Below are positions 47,394-56,643 of a DNA stretch of 64,000 bases, piece by piece. Both the position numbers and the translations under genes were made by a program. The stretch's first letter is position 1. Each line of letters begins with the position of its first letter. The DNA lies in assembly GCA_964557895.1 (NCBI GenBank), contig CAZLBG010000001.1, forward strand, positions 44,858-108,857, in the 5' to 3' direction. This DNA comes from an uncultured Anaerolinea sp. GTDB lineage: Bacteria; Chloroflexota; Anaerolineae; Anaerolineales; Anaerolineaceae. The notes under the pieces are model-generated. The model did no database searches. It saw nothing but the letters and a program-made list of their open reading frames with translations, and was not told the origin of the DNA.

Positions 47394-48950
47394 ATGCTTC
47401 CGGATTTTCGAGTTCGCCAGCGGGACTATTTGCTGGAGATTTCGCGTGCAATCACCCAGGAACTGGACCTCGATCGACTCTTAGAAAGAATTCTTGCCAT
47501 TTCGCTCGAGATGCTTGCAGGTCAGGCAGGTTTGATTGCATTGCGGTCCTCAACTGGTGGATGGCAGATCCGCGTCTCAACAGGTTTGCCTCAACCTTTT
47601 CTAAAGTATCTTGAACCACAGCTGGAACAAATCCCTGAATATGAAGATCCCGAAGACTCCGAGCTATTCATTATCAACCAGTTGCTCAACCGTTTTACCC
47701 AGGCGGTAAGTCTTGGAAGGTTGAGTAGTGTAGGATTGCCCCTGATCACAGGTCAAAAAGTGATAGGGGTAATCTTTGTTTTCCGTGAATATTCACAATT
47801 CTCAATCAATGACCGCAAACTGCTTTCAAGCTTTGCAAATCAGACAGCTATTGCTGTTCAAAACGCTCAGCTTTATTCACAGGTCGACAATGACCGAGCA
47901 AAATTCTCAGCTTTGCTGGATTCAGCTGGGGATGGCATATTGATCCTTGATAAGACCTTCAAAATAGAGCGGGCAAATCTGGCTTTTGGTTTTTTGTATG
48001 GAAAACCAGTGGAGACTTTCGCAGGCTTACCTCACGCTGAAGTTATCAGATGGAGTAAGCGTCCCATAGTTCCAACCCTGGAGGATTCGATTGCCAATGG
48101 TTGGCCGTTGGCACAGCATTCTACGCTGTATGTTGAAGGAGATTTGGATCGCGGCAAGGACACTCCTCCCCTACCCGTTGGGATTACTTATGCCCCCTTG
48201 TTATCCAAAGAAGGACAATTAGTAAATGTGATCACCACGATTCGCGATATTACGCGATTCCGCCAGGCAGATGAAATGAAATCCACCTTCATTTCCGTGG
48301 TCAGTCATGAACTAAAAACACCTGTAGCATTGATAAAAGGTTATGTCGGTACTCTCCGCAGAGATGATGCTCGTTGGGATCGGAAGATTGTGGAAGAAAG
48401 CTTGCAAGTGATTGAGGAAGAGGCTGACAGGTTGTCAACCTACATTGAGAATCTTCTTGATGCAACAAGGTTGCAAGCACACGGATTTAGCATAAAAAAA
48501 ACCGACGTACAGATGGAAGAACTGATCAAACACGTAGTAGAACGGATGCAGACTCAGACTCACAAACACACTATCGTCGCGGATATTCCCACTCCCTTGC
48601 CGGTAATTCTCGCCGATGAAACCAGGATTAACCAGTTACTGACAAATCTAATCAGTAATTCAATAAAATATGCTTCTGGTGGCAAAATCACGATAAATGC
48701 AAAAACGAATAAGACCAACCTGATCACTTGTGTTACAGATGAAGGGCGCGGAATAGACCCTAACGATGTTCCATTCGTTTTCGATCGGTTTTACCGTGCT
48801 ACCGATGCTGTTAAAAATACCAAAGGAGCTGGGTTAGGATTGTATCTTTCCAAAGCGATCGTTGAATCTCACGGGGGACAAATTTGGATCGACCCTGAGT
48901 ACAAAAAAGGCGCAAAAATCTGCTTTTGCCTCCCAATATCCACAGAATAA
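47394..48950 (+). CDS. Cytoplasmic GAF-PAS sensor histidine kinase
   Basis: H-box SHELKTP, N-box and G-box GAGLGL. GAF-like N-terminus. No adjacent receiver gene. Confidence 0.88.
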   Translation: MLPDFRVRQRDYLLEISRAITQELDLDRLLERILAISLEMLAGQAGLIALRSSTGGWQIRVSTGLPQPFLKYLEPQLEQIPEYEDPEDSELFIINQLLNRFTQAVSLGRLSSVGLPLITGQKVIGVIFVFREYSQFSINDRKLLSSFANQTAIAVQNAQLYSQVDNDRAKFSALLDSAGDGILILDKTFKIERANLAFGFLYGKPVETFAGLPHAEVIRWSKRPIVPTLEDSIANGWPLAQHSTLYVEGDLDRGKDTPPLPVGITYAPLLSKEGQLVNVITTIRDITRFRQADEMKSTFISVVSHELKTPVALIKGYVGTLRRDDARWDRKIVEESLQVIEEEADRLSTYIENLLDATRLQAHGFSIKKTDVQMEELIKHVVERMQTQTHKHTIVADIPTPLPVILADETRINQLLTNLISNSIKYASGGKITINAKTNKTNLITCVTDEGRGIDPNDVPFVFDRFYRATDAVKNTKGAGLGLYLSKAIVESHGGQIWIDPEYKKGAKICFCLPISTE

Positions 48951-49014
48951 TCTGCGGGAAAAATCTGAGTGATATAATCTGACAATAATTTTTTCCTAGA
49001 AAAGGGATTTTCCG

Positions 49015-50367
49015 ATGCCAAGAATTCAAACCGCTTGTCCACGTTGTCGTCAACCCATTATGGCTGATGTTCAACAGCTTTTTGACCAAACCACAGACCC
49101 AACTGCCAAACAGAAATTACTCAGTCATACAACAAACACAGCTCGCTGCCAGGCATGCGGTTATGAAGGATTGATGGCTACACCGGTCGTGTACCATGAT
49201 CCTGAAAAAGAATTGCTTCTGACATACTTTCCTCCTGAGTTAGGTCTTCCTGTAAATGCCCAGGAAAAACAAATCGGACCCCTGATTAATCAAGTCGTAA
49301 ATGCCCTTCCTGCTGAGAAACGAAAAGGTTACCTCTTTTCTCCCCAAACAATGTTTACCTATCAGACGCTCATCGATAGAATCCTTGAGGCCGATGGTAT
49401 TACCAAGGAAATGATCGAAGCGCAACAAAAAAGAGTCGGGTTGATCCAGCGATTACTCGCCACGGGTAAATCAGAAGATCGATTGGCAATAATTCACCAG
49501 GAGACTGATCTGGTAGACGGTGAGTTTTTTGCAATCCTGGGATCCATTCTAGAATCTGCAGTTTCTCAGGGAGATCAGAAGGCATCCCAACTGCTTAAAG
49601 AAATCCAGATGGAATTATTAAAGGAAACAAAAGTTGGGCAGGACCTACTTGCTCAAAGTGAAGAAACGCAGGCAGCGTTAAAAGCACTGCAGGAAGCAAG
49701 CAAGTCCGGGTTATCTCGTGAAAAGCTGCTGGAGATCTTACAAAGTCTCAAATCAGAAAACAGCATCACAACAATTGTCAGCCTCACTCGCAGCGGCCTC
49801 GATTATCAATTCTTCCAAATCCTAAGCGATAAAATAGAAGCTGCTGATCCAGAAGCAAAACAATTGCTGATTAACCTGAGAGATAAATTACTTACCCTTA
49901 CTACCCAGATAGATAATGAACTAAAAAAAAGGGTGGATGAAAGTACAAAGTTATTAAATTCGATCATCTCTGACCCGAATATTGAGGATGCAGTCAAGAT
50001 GCATCTGGGTGAGATCGACGAATTCTTTTCTCATGCAGTTCAGGTTGAATTCGACGCAGCTCGCCAAAACAACGATGTTGAAAAAATAGAAAAAATTCAA
50101 AAAGTGATCTCAATCCTTGAAAAAGAAAGCGCACCTCCACCTGAGATTGCCTTAATTCAGAAAATTCTTGAAGCCGGGGATGAATCTGCCAGGGCTCAGC
50201 TTATGCAGGAGAATTCATCATTGATCAATGATGAATTCATCCAGGCATTATCGGGTATCATCACTGAAGGCGAAACCCGCCAACAACAGCCTGAATTGAT
50301 AGAATCCCTCAAGCAGATCTACAAAGCAGCACTTCGCATCGTGATGGAAAAGAATTTACAATCGTAA
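49015..50367 (+). CDS. CpXC-domain protein with a long helical C-terminal region
   Basis: N-terminal CPRC...CQAC zinc-ribbon pairs (CpXC-like). 450 aa. Confidence 0.6.
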   Translation: MPRIQTACPRCRQPIMADVQQLFDQTTDPTAKQKLLSHTTNTARCQACGYEGLMATPVVYHDPEKELLLTYFPPELGLPVNAQEKQIGPLINQVVNALPAEKRKGYLFSPQTMFTYQTLIDRILEADGITKEMIEAQQKRVGLIQRLLATGKSEDRLAIIHQETDLVDGEFFAILGSILESAVSQGDQKASQLLKEIQMELLKETKVGQDLLAQSEETQAALKALQEASKSGLSREKLLEILQSLKSENSITTIVSLTRSGLDYQFFQILSDKIEAADPEAKQLLINLRDKLLTLTTQIDNELKKRVDESTKLLNSIISDPNIEDAVKMHLGEIDEFFSHAVQVEFDAARQNNDVEKIEKIQKVISILEKESAPPPEIALIQKILEAGDESARAQLMQENSSLINDEFIQALSGIITEGETRQQQPELIESLKQIYKAALRIVMEKNLQS

Positions 50368-50370
50368 TTG

Positions 50371-50397
50371 AAAACTGCCCTAACGGGCAGTTATTTT
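50371..50397. terminator. Bidirectional rho-independent terminator
   Basis: 'aaaactgccc' / loop 'taac' / 'gggcagtt'. A/T runs flank it on both sides, between convergent genes. Confidence 0.75.
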
Positions 50398-51102
50398 TTA
50401 TTCATCCAGGCGTAGGCCATGACCGCGTACAGTGACCAGGTATTCAAATCCCGGGTCTACTTCTGCTAATCGTCCACGTAATCTCCTGATTAAGGCATCT
50501 ACTGCTTGCTCAGAGATTCCCTCACTCTCCTCTTCCTGCCAAACCGTCTGTATAAGTTCGTTTCTACTTATCACCTTTCCAGCCTGTTGTGATAAAGCGT
50601 GGAGAAGTCGGAATTGAGGTAGAGATAGTGGGGGAAGTAACTCCTTTCCCTTGATCCAGACTCTCCGTGCTTTGGCATCAAGGAAAATGCGTTTAGATAT
50701 CGGTTGCCTCTGCGGGAGCAGGTCCTCAAGCGGCATTGTAGCATCTGATAAGTAAAAGGAAAACTTTTGGATCAGAGCAATTTGGATAATATCCCCATCC
50801 TCCAGGATTACATTCTTTTTAAGGAGTTCACCTTTTAGGTAGGTTCCGTTTTTACTGCCGAGGTCCTCAAGTTGGATGCGATTATTTCCCAGGTTGGTGA
50901 TGTGGGCATGAAAGCGGGAAACCTGGCGATCAGCAATTGCAATATCACAATCCTGATCACGTCCGATCATTAACTCGCTAATGACATCCCATTTTTTTCC
51001 TTCCAATGGTCCTTGCAATCCCACAATTACAGGATTTTCACTGATATTTTGGAAATTTGGTTTGGATTTATGAATGTTACTATCTGATTTTTCAGTGAAC
51101 AT
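50398..51102 (-). CDS. FHA domain fused to an OmpR/PhoB-type winged-helix DNA-binding domain
   Basis: FHA: MIGRDQDCDIAIADRQVSRFHAHI...GSKNGTYL. wHTH: LSLPQFRLLHAL...VDALIRRLRGRL...VTVRGHGLRL. Confidence 0.8.
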   Translation of the reverse strand: MFTEKSDSNIHKSKPNFQNISENPVIVGLQGPLEGKKWDVISELMIGRDQDCDIAIADRQVSRFHAHITNLGNNRIQLEDLGSKNGTYLKGELLKKNVILEDGDIIQIALIQKFSFYLSDATMPLEDLLPQRQPISKRIFLDAKARRVWIKGKELLPPLSLPQFRLLHALSQQAGKVISRNELIQTVWQEEESEGISEQAVDALIRRLRGRLAEVDPGFEYLVTVRGHGLRLDE

Positions 51103-51172
51103 GAAGTAAATACCTCATCAGGTATAATATTACAAAACACAAAAATATACCACGCTTTTTGATTGAGTATTA

Positions 51173-52159
51173 ATGCCAATCCCGCTTAAAACAGGAGAAA
51201 CTTTACGAGGCCGCTACCGCATCCGGAAAGTAATCGGACAGGGTGGCATGGGATGCATATACTTGTGCGACGATCTGCGCCTTGAAGGACGGCAATGTGC
51301 TCTCAAGGAAGTCGAGCATGACAAAACATTGCCTGAAAACATTACCAAAGAGGCGCGGAACCAGTTCCAAAGAGAAGCGACAATCCTCGCGAGGTTGGAC
51401 CATCCCAATCTTCCTAAAGTATCGGATTTCTTCTCCATTAATCAACGAGATTACCTGGTTATGGATTATATTCCTGGGAAGGATCTGAGATCATTAATGG
51501 TTGATGCCCGAGATGCCAATCGCTTTCTACTAGAAAAAGATGTCTTAAACTGGGCCAACCAGTTATCAGACGCATTGGCATATCTTCATTCTCAAAATCC
51601 CGTAGTTTTACACCGTGATATAAAACCAAGCAACCTGAAAATAACTCCCGGCGGCATTATCAAACTTGTCGACTTCGGTTTGGTAAAACTCCTGGCTCCA
51701 GGAGAGATAACAATTACTATCCTCCAGGGTCAGGGAACTGCGCTCTATACCCCGCTTGAACAATATGGTGGTGATGCAGGTCATACAGATGCCAGGAGCG
51801 ATATTTTTTCGTTTGCTTCTACCTTGTATCATTTGCTTACAAATAAAGCCCCGGTCGATGCCAGACAGCGTTTCTTGAATCCGGTAGTCCTGCCGCCTGT
51901 CAGGCAAATCAACCAATCTGTGTCTATGCGGACTGAAAAAGCCATCTCATGGGGGATGAACCTCCATCCGGATGACCGTCCGCAGCATGTAGAAGACTTC
52001 CGGGAAGCCCTAATTGGCAGTCGACCGATAAATATTCCAACCAGCCTCTCATCCTCATACAGTTCTAAAAATCGGGTATTTACCAGGCGAGAGATTGGAG
52101 CATTTTTATTGGTTATTGCAATCAGCCTGGTTTCGTTAATTCTTACGATTATGAATTAA
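51173..52159 (+). CDS. Hanks-type Ser/Thr protein kinase with a C-terminal TM anchor
   Basis: GQGGMGCIY, ALKE, HRDIKPSNL and DFG motifs. C-terminal hydrophobic helix. Confidence 0.9.
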   Translation: MPIPLKTGETLRGRYRIRKVIGQGGMGCIYLCDDLRLEGRQCALKEVEHDKTLPENITKEARNQFQREATILARLDHPNLPKVSDFFSINQRDYLVMDYIPGKDLRSLMVDARDANRFLLEKDVLNWANQLSDALAYLHSQNPVVLHRDIKPSNLKITPGGIIKLVDFGLVKLLAPGEITITILQGQGTALYTPLEQYGGDAGHTDARSDIFSFASTLYHLLTNKAPVDARQRFLNPVVLPPVRQINQSVSMRTEKAISWGMNLHPDDRPQHVEDFREALIGSRPINIPTSLSSSYSSKNRVFTRREIGAFLLVIAISLVSLILTIMN

Positions 52160-54951
52160 GCTGGTTTCCGTTGCCTCAAAATCAAGCGGATGATCAAGGC
52201 GATTAATATCCCGGAGGCACATCCGATAATAACAAAACCCACTGAAGCGATCGTTCCATAACGTCTGATTAGGGTTTGAGAAAAACCATTCCCAAGGATA
52301 GGCATCAGGTACAGAATATATCCCATCACTCCGGAAAAGGTTGGAATCCACGGGTTCCAAAGATTTTTACGTTTTCCTTCCCCAAATTGGTAAAGGGCTG
52401 AAATTGACACTCCGATTACAAAAGTTGCTATAAACCAATCAACGGCACCAGGCAACCCTTGTGAATGACGCAAATCGGTAATATTCATCTGTGGTGAAAT
52501 CGAGGGCGTGGCTTCAACCACTTCTTCTTCACCTGTCGGAGCAATAGTAGGATCGATGGAGGTTATCGTTCCACCTCCCGGCGTTATTTCCAGTTTAAGA
52601 ATCTGTGAAACAACTGCAGGATCAGCGGTTACCGTTAACTGGACGGTTCCCTGTTCAGGGATACGGTAGGTTGTTCTTGCTACCCCGGTAACAGTTTGAG
52701 ATTCTATTTGTTCTGCTGTAGCGTTGGAAATTAGGTCAGTAATAACAAACCTCACTACTGTACCATCTGGAACCGGATTACCGTTTTGATCTTTAATAAT
52801 GCCAGTTTGAAGTACCAGGTTATCACCCGCATTAATAACGATTACCTCTTCTAAATTGGATGTCGAATTATCGGTCTCACCAGTTTCGCTGGATTCTTGA
52901 ATGACCATCAAAGGAATCACCTGGTTAGAATTTGGTGTCGTTGCATTGATAAGGTCGTAACCAATACTTGAGACGGATACAGGTAAAACCCCAGTCGGCG
53001 TGATTTCTTTAAACAATGTTCTCGCAGCAATTTCAATAAACTGAGGCGTCTTACTGTAGAGCGCATAATATGCAGTGAATTTCGAAATATCCGTGGCATC
53101 AGGATAATAGGGGGCATTAAATGCAAATCCAATAATTTTTTTATTTCGGACCAAATTTGGTTTTTCGGAAAACAGCCGCTGAAATACAACGGATTCTTCG
53201 GAATTCAATTTAAATTGGGAAAAGGCAATGATGATCCAATCTGCTTGATCCAAATTTGCACCAATATTTTCCTGGTTATCGATTCCATCCAAGTAGGATT
53301 TAAGTAAATCGAACGAATAAAAACTTAGTTTGTTAACCTGAACAATATCTCCAGCACTTGGACCGTAGAGACGGATAACGGCATTCATTATTTCATTTCC
53401 AAGAAGGAACGACTGATCCACACAGGTTGAACATTGTGATTGGTTGATCTCATCCGAAATAAATACAATTTGGTCATCTGGGCTGGGAGGATTCGGCAGA
53501 TCAATATTTAGATCTTGAACCGATGGACTTACCAGGGTTACTGCCTGGCGTGCAACATCCAGCGTCACTTGTTGCGATATGCCGACCTCATTTAGATTCG
53601 TATTAGTTACGGTAACAACACCCAAAGAAAAGTAGGGATATAACTTGAACTTGAGTGTAAGTGATCTCAAGACAGCTTCATCCACCTTTTGTTGGAAAAC
53701 CGGATCTTCTTTATATTTTTGAACAAAGTATTCATGGATTCTAACTGTGGTCTGGTATGAGGTGGTGTCATCGGTTGATTGTAGATTGCCGAGGTACAAA
53801 AGGTCATTTCCTGCCAGCAAGGCGGTCTTGGCTACCTGCCTGGCATCGAAATTCGTACCTGTGGGGGCAAAAAATTTTTGAACCGCATTACTTCCCAGAT
53901 CATCACAAATGATGATCCCTCCACTCTCTCGCCATGGGGCAAATTGCTCCAACGCTAATATCGCGCTCAATGCCGTTTCATCAAATGACACTGGCCTGGT
54001 TGTGGCGCGAATATTACCTTGAAATCCCTGGTATCGTATATGTGATAATAGTAAACCATCAGAACGTTCCAGTAAGTCTTCGCCCGATTTCGTAACCGCG
54101 AAGAACGGATACAGCTCTATCTGCTTCAATTGCTCCAATGATTTACGGACAGTGGCGACCTCATCTTCAGGTTGTCGATCAGATCCACCCCGACCCGGAA
54201 AGTGTTTTGAAATTACCAGCACTTTATTGTCGCTTCCCTCATGAACTCCCGCAGTAAACGCTTTGCCAAACTGTCCGACCCAATACGGATCACCGCTAAA
54301 GGTACGTGTTCCCAGGTCATCCCCGATATCAGTTTTCACCAGATCAAGAACATCAAGAGAAGGACCCAATAGCAAATTAAACCCCATGGCTTCCAATTCA
54401 GCTCCGAGGATTTTACCGACTGCTTTTGCATTCTCGGGTTTCCATGTCGCCCCTATAGCCATTGCGCTGGGAAGTGGGGTTAATCCATTAATGATCTGAT
54501 CATATGGAGTTAAATCCCCTTCCTGTGACACGCCAATAAATAACGGGATGTAATTTCCCCCGGGTTGGATCGTACCAGAGTCAGTCTGAATACCGGATAT
54601 TGTTGATTTCCAATTGATCGTTTGTAGATTAATAATGGAATTTTTTGTAAATTCTGGAAGATTCACCGTATTTGAAAAATTGTCATTATCTGCCCGTAGA
54701 ATCACTCCCCCGATGTGCTGCGAAGCAATTAGCTGGGCAATTTGACTGTCCTCTCCTACCTCAGCGCCTTGATAAGTAACCAAAAACAACTGACCCACTT
54801 TTTCTTCGGGGGTCATTTTATTCAACAGGATCTCGGCCTTTTCTTGTTCGGGAGAAACCTGAAAATCACTATCTGCTGACACTGGTGTAAACACAAACAA
54901 AGATGAGGAGATGATCATCAATAGGAGCACAATTGCTAAAAAACGTTTCAC
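52156..54951 (-). CDS. Large exported glycoside hydrolase family 3 (NagZ-like) protein with a C-terminal multi-TM anchor
   Basis: Signal peptide. KHFPGRGGSDR GH3 motif. 931 aa. 3-4 C-terminal TM helices. Confidence 0.8.
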   Translation of the reverse strand: MKRFLAIVLLLMIISSSLFVFTPVSADSDFQVSPEQEKAEILLNKMTPEEKVGQLFLVTYQGAEVGEDSQIAQLIASQHIGGVILRADNDNFSNTVNLPEFTKNSIINLQTINWKSTISGIQTDSGTIQPGGNYIPLFIGVSQEGDLTPYDQIINGLTPLPSAMAIGATWKPENAKAVGKILGAELEAMGFNLLLGPSLDVLDLVKTDIGDDLGTRTFSGDPYWVGQFGKAFTAGVHEGSDNKVLVISKHFPGRGGSDRQPEDEVATVRKSLEQLKQIELYPFFAVTKSGEDLLERSDGLLLSHIRYQGFQGNIRATTRPVSFDETALSAILALEQFAPWRESGGIIICDDLGSNAVQKFFAPTGTNFDARQVAKTALLAGNDLLYLGNLQSTDDTTSYQTTVRIHEYFVQKYKEDPVFQQKVDEAVLRSLTLKFKLYPYFSLGVVTVTNTNLNEVGISQQVTLDVARQAVTLVSPSVQDLNIDLPNPPSPDDQIVFISDEINQSQCSTCVDQSFLLGNEIMNAVIRLYGPSAGDIVQVNKLSFYSFDLLKSYLDGIDNQENIGANLDQADWIIIAFSQFKLNSEESVVFQRLFSEKPNLVRNKKIIGFAFNAPYYPDATDISKFTAYYALYSKTPQFIEIAARTLFKEITPTGVLPVSVSSIGYDLINATTPNSNQVIPLMVIQESSETGETDNSTSNLEEVIVINAGDNLVLQTGIIKDQNGNPVPDGTVVRFVITDLISNATAEQIESQTVTGVARTTYRIPEQGTVQLTVTADPAVVSQILKLEITPGGGTITSIDPTIAPTGEEEVVEATPSISPQMNITDLRHSQGLPGAVDWFIATFVIGVSISALYQFGEGKRKNLWNPWIPTFSGVMGYILYLMPILGNGFSQTLIRRYGTIASVGFVIIGCASGILIALIIRLILRQRKPA

Positions 54952-55895
54952 TTTTGCTCTCCTACGATCGAATCAAAAACAGCAGGTAGTATATTTCCAC
55001 CTGTAACAATTGCAACTGCTGGAAGCTCGGTAATTTTTTTCTCCAGGATGGCAGCCAATGCAGTGGCAGCAGAACCCTCAATAATCTGATGATGTTTTTC
55101 CCAGGCATAACAGATGGCATTTCTGATGGACTTTTCTGTTACCAGAACGATTTCATCTGCATACTTGTCCACTAATGGTATCGTAATTGATTGGTGATCT
55201 ACTTCACCGGACAACCCATCAGCCAGTGAATCAGTTTCAGTGACTCCTTTTTGAGTACCACTGTAAAAGATAGAGTGCATATAAGGTGATGCTTTTGATT
55301 GTGTCCCGATCAATTTGGGTTTTGGGTTAATGTTCTCTAAGCTGATCCCGATTCCAGAGAGTAAACCTCCACCCCCAATTGGAACAACGATTGACTGAAC
55401 TTTACCAGAATCCGCAAGCTGGTCAACAATCTCAAGACCTATTGTCCCCTGTCCAGCAATAACCTGAATATCATTATATGGAGAGATGAACGTTTTTCCA
55501 GTGATCTCCGCTTGATGTATGGCTGTTTTCTCAGCCTCAAAATACCCCCCATCCACAAGATGAATGATTGCACCTAGGTTCTTCATTGCAGTTACTTTTG
55601 AGGATACTGCATGAGACGAACAGAACACTTCGCACTTGATCTTTTTATGCTGGGCAATCACAGCACATCCCTGTCCATGATTCCCAGCTGAACAGGTAAT
55701 AATCCCGTTTTCTAATTCCCAGTCCTGGAGCGACAGAATTTTGTTTGCCGCTCCTCGAATTTTAAAAGATCCGGTTACTTGTTGATTTTCCCACTTGAAA
55801 AAGACCCCCAGGTTTTCATCAAAGGTCACGGGGGTCTTCTTAATAAATCTTTCAATACGCTGGGCAGCACCGTGAAGCCACTCTATTGGGATCAC
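54948..55895 (-). CDS. PLP-dependent threonine/serine dehydratase-family enzyme, catalytic domain only
   Basis: QVTGSFKIRGAANK lysine motif and the GGGGLLSG loop. 315 aa. Confidence 0.8.
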   Translation of the reverse strand: MIPIEWLHGAAQRIERFIKKTPVTFDENLGVFFKWENQQVTGSFKIRGAANKILSLQDWELENGIITCSAGNHGQGCAVIAQHKKIKCEVFCSSHAVSSKVTAMKNLGAIIHLVDGGYFEAEKTAIHQAEITGKTFISPYNDIQVIAGQGTIGLEIVDQLADSGKVQSIVVPIGGGGLLSGIGISLENINPKPKLIGTQSKASPYMHSIFYSGTQKGVTETDSLADGLSGEVDHQSITIPLVDKYADEIVLVTEKSIRNAICYAWEKHHQIIEGSAATALAAILEKKITELPAVAIVTGGNILPAVFDSIVGEQK

Positions 55896-56641
55896 ACCTT
55901 CTCCAAAATTTCTCTGGTTTTCAGAGGATCATCGGTAAAAATCCCATCAACTCCATAATTTTGCATCCTTAAGATATCTGGTTTGGAGTTCACTGTCCAC
56001 GTATGAACTCTTCTGCCTTTGAGATGCTCTCTTTCCACATATTTTGCCGAGACATCGGAATAATATGGATGAATGATCTCTGGAGAATACTGATGGCTGT
56101 ATGTTGATCGGGAAATAAAACCCATGATTCCTGGAAGACATAATAATGCCGCTGGTGTCTCAGGGAGCAAAATTCTACAAGTCTCCAGATTTTTGGGCAA
56201 AAAAGAGGAAAAAAGGACCCGTTTTTCCATCTTATGCCGCTTTACAACTTCAACCACTTTTTCCACCAACCCATCCCCTTTGGATTTGTAATTGGTTAAT
56301 TCAACATTCACAACGATTCGCTGCCCTACTGCCTCAAATACTTCATCAAGTGTTGGAATTCTTACCCCGGTAAATTTTGATGCAAAAAAAGATCCGGCAT
56401 CAAGTTTCTTGAGTTCAGACATGGTTAGATCCATGACCTTCCCTGAACTTCCAGTGGTTCGGTCCACGGTCTGGTCATGGATCACCATAACCACATCATC
56501 TCTTGACAACTTGGCATCCAACTCTATCGCATCTGCCCGATGCGCGGCAGCCAACTCAAATGAAGGGATTGTGTTTTCGGGTGCGAGTGCACAAGCCCCC
56601 CTGTGAGCAAAGATCATTGGTCTCGAAATCTTTTCAAACAT
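55892..56641 (-). CDS. Glycerophosphodiester phosphodiesterase
   Basis: IFAHRGA and AIELDAKLS motifs. 249 aa. Confidence 0.85.
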   Translation of the reverse strand: MFEKISRPMIFAHRGACALAPENTIPSFELAAAHRADAIELDAKLSRDDVVMVIHDQTVDRTTGSSGKVMDLTMSELKKLDAGSFFASKFTGVRIPTLDEVFEAVGQRIVVNVELTNYKSKGDGLVEKVVEVVKRHKMEKRVLFSSFLPKNLETCRILLPETPAALLCLPGIMGFISRSTYSHQYSPEIIHPYYSDVSAKYVEREHLKGRRVHTWTVNSKPDILRMQNYGVDGIFTDDPLKTREILEKV

Positions 56642-56643
56642 TT

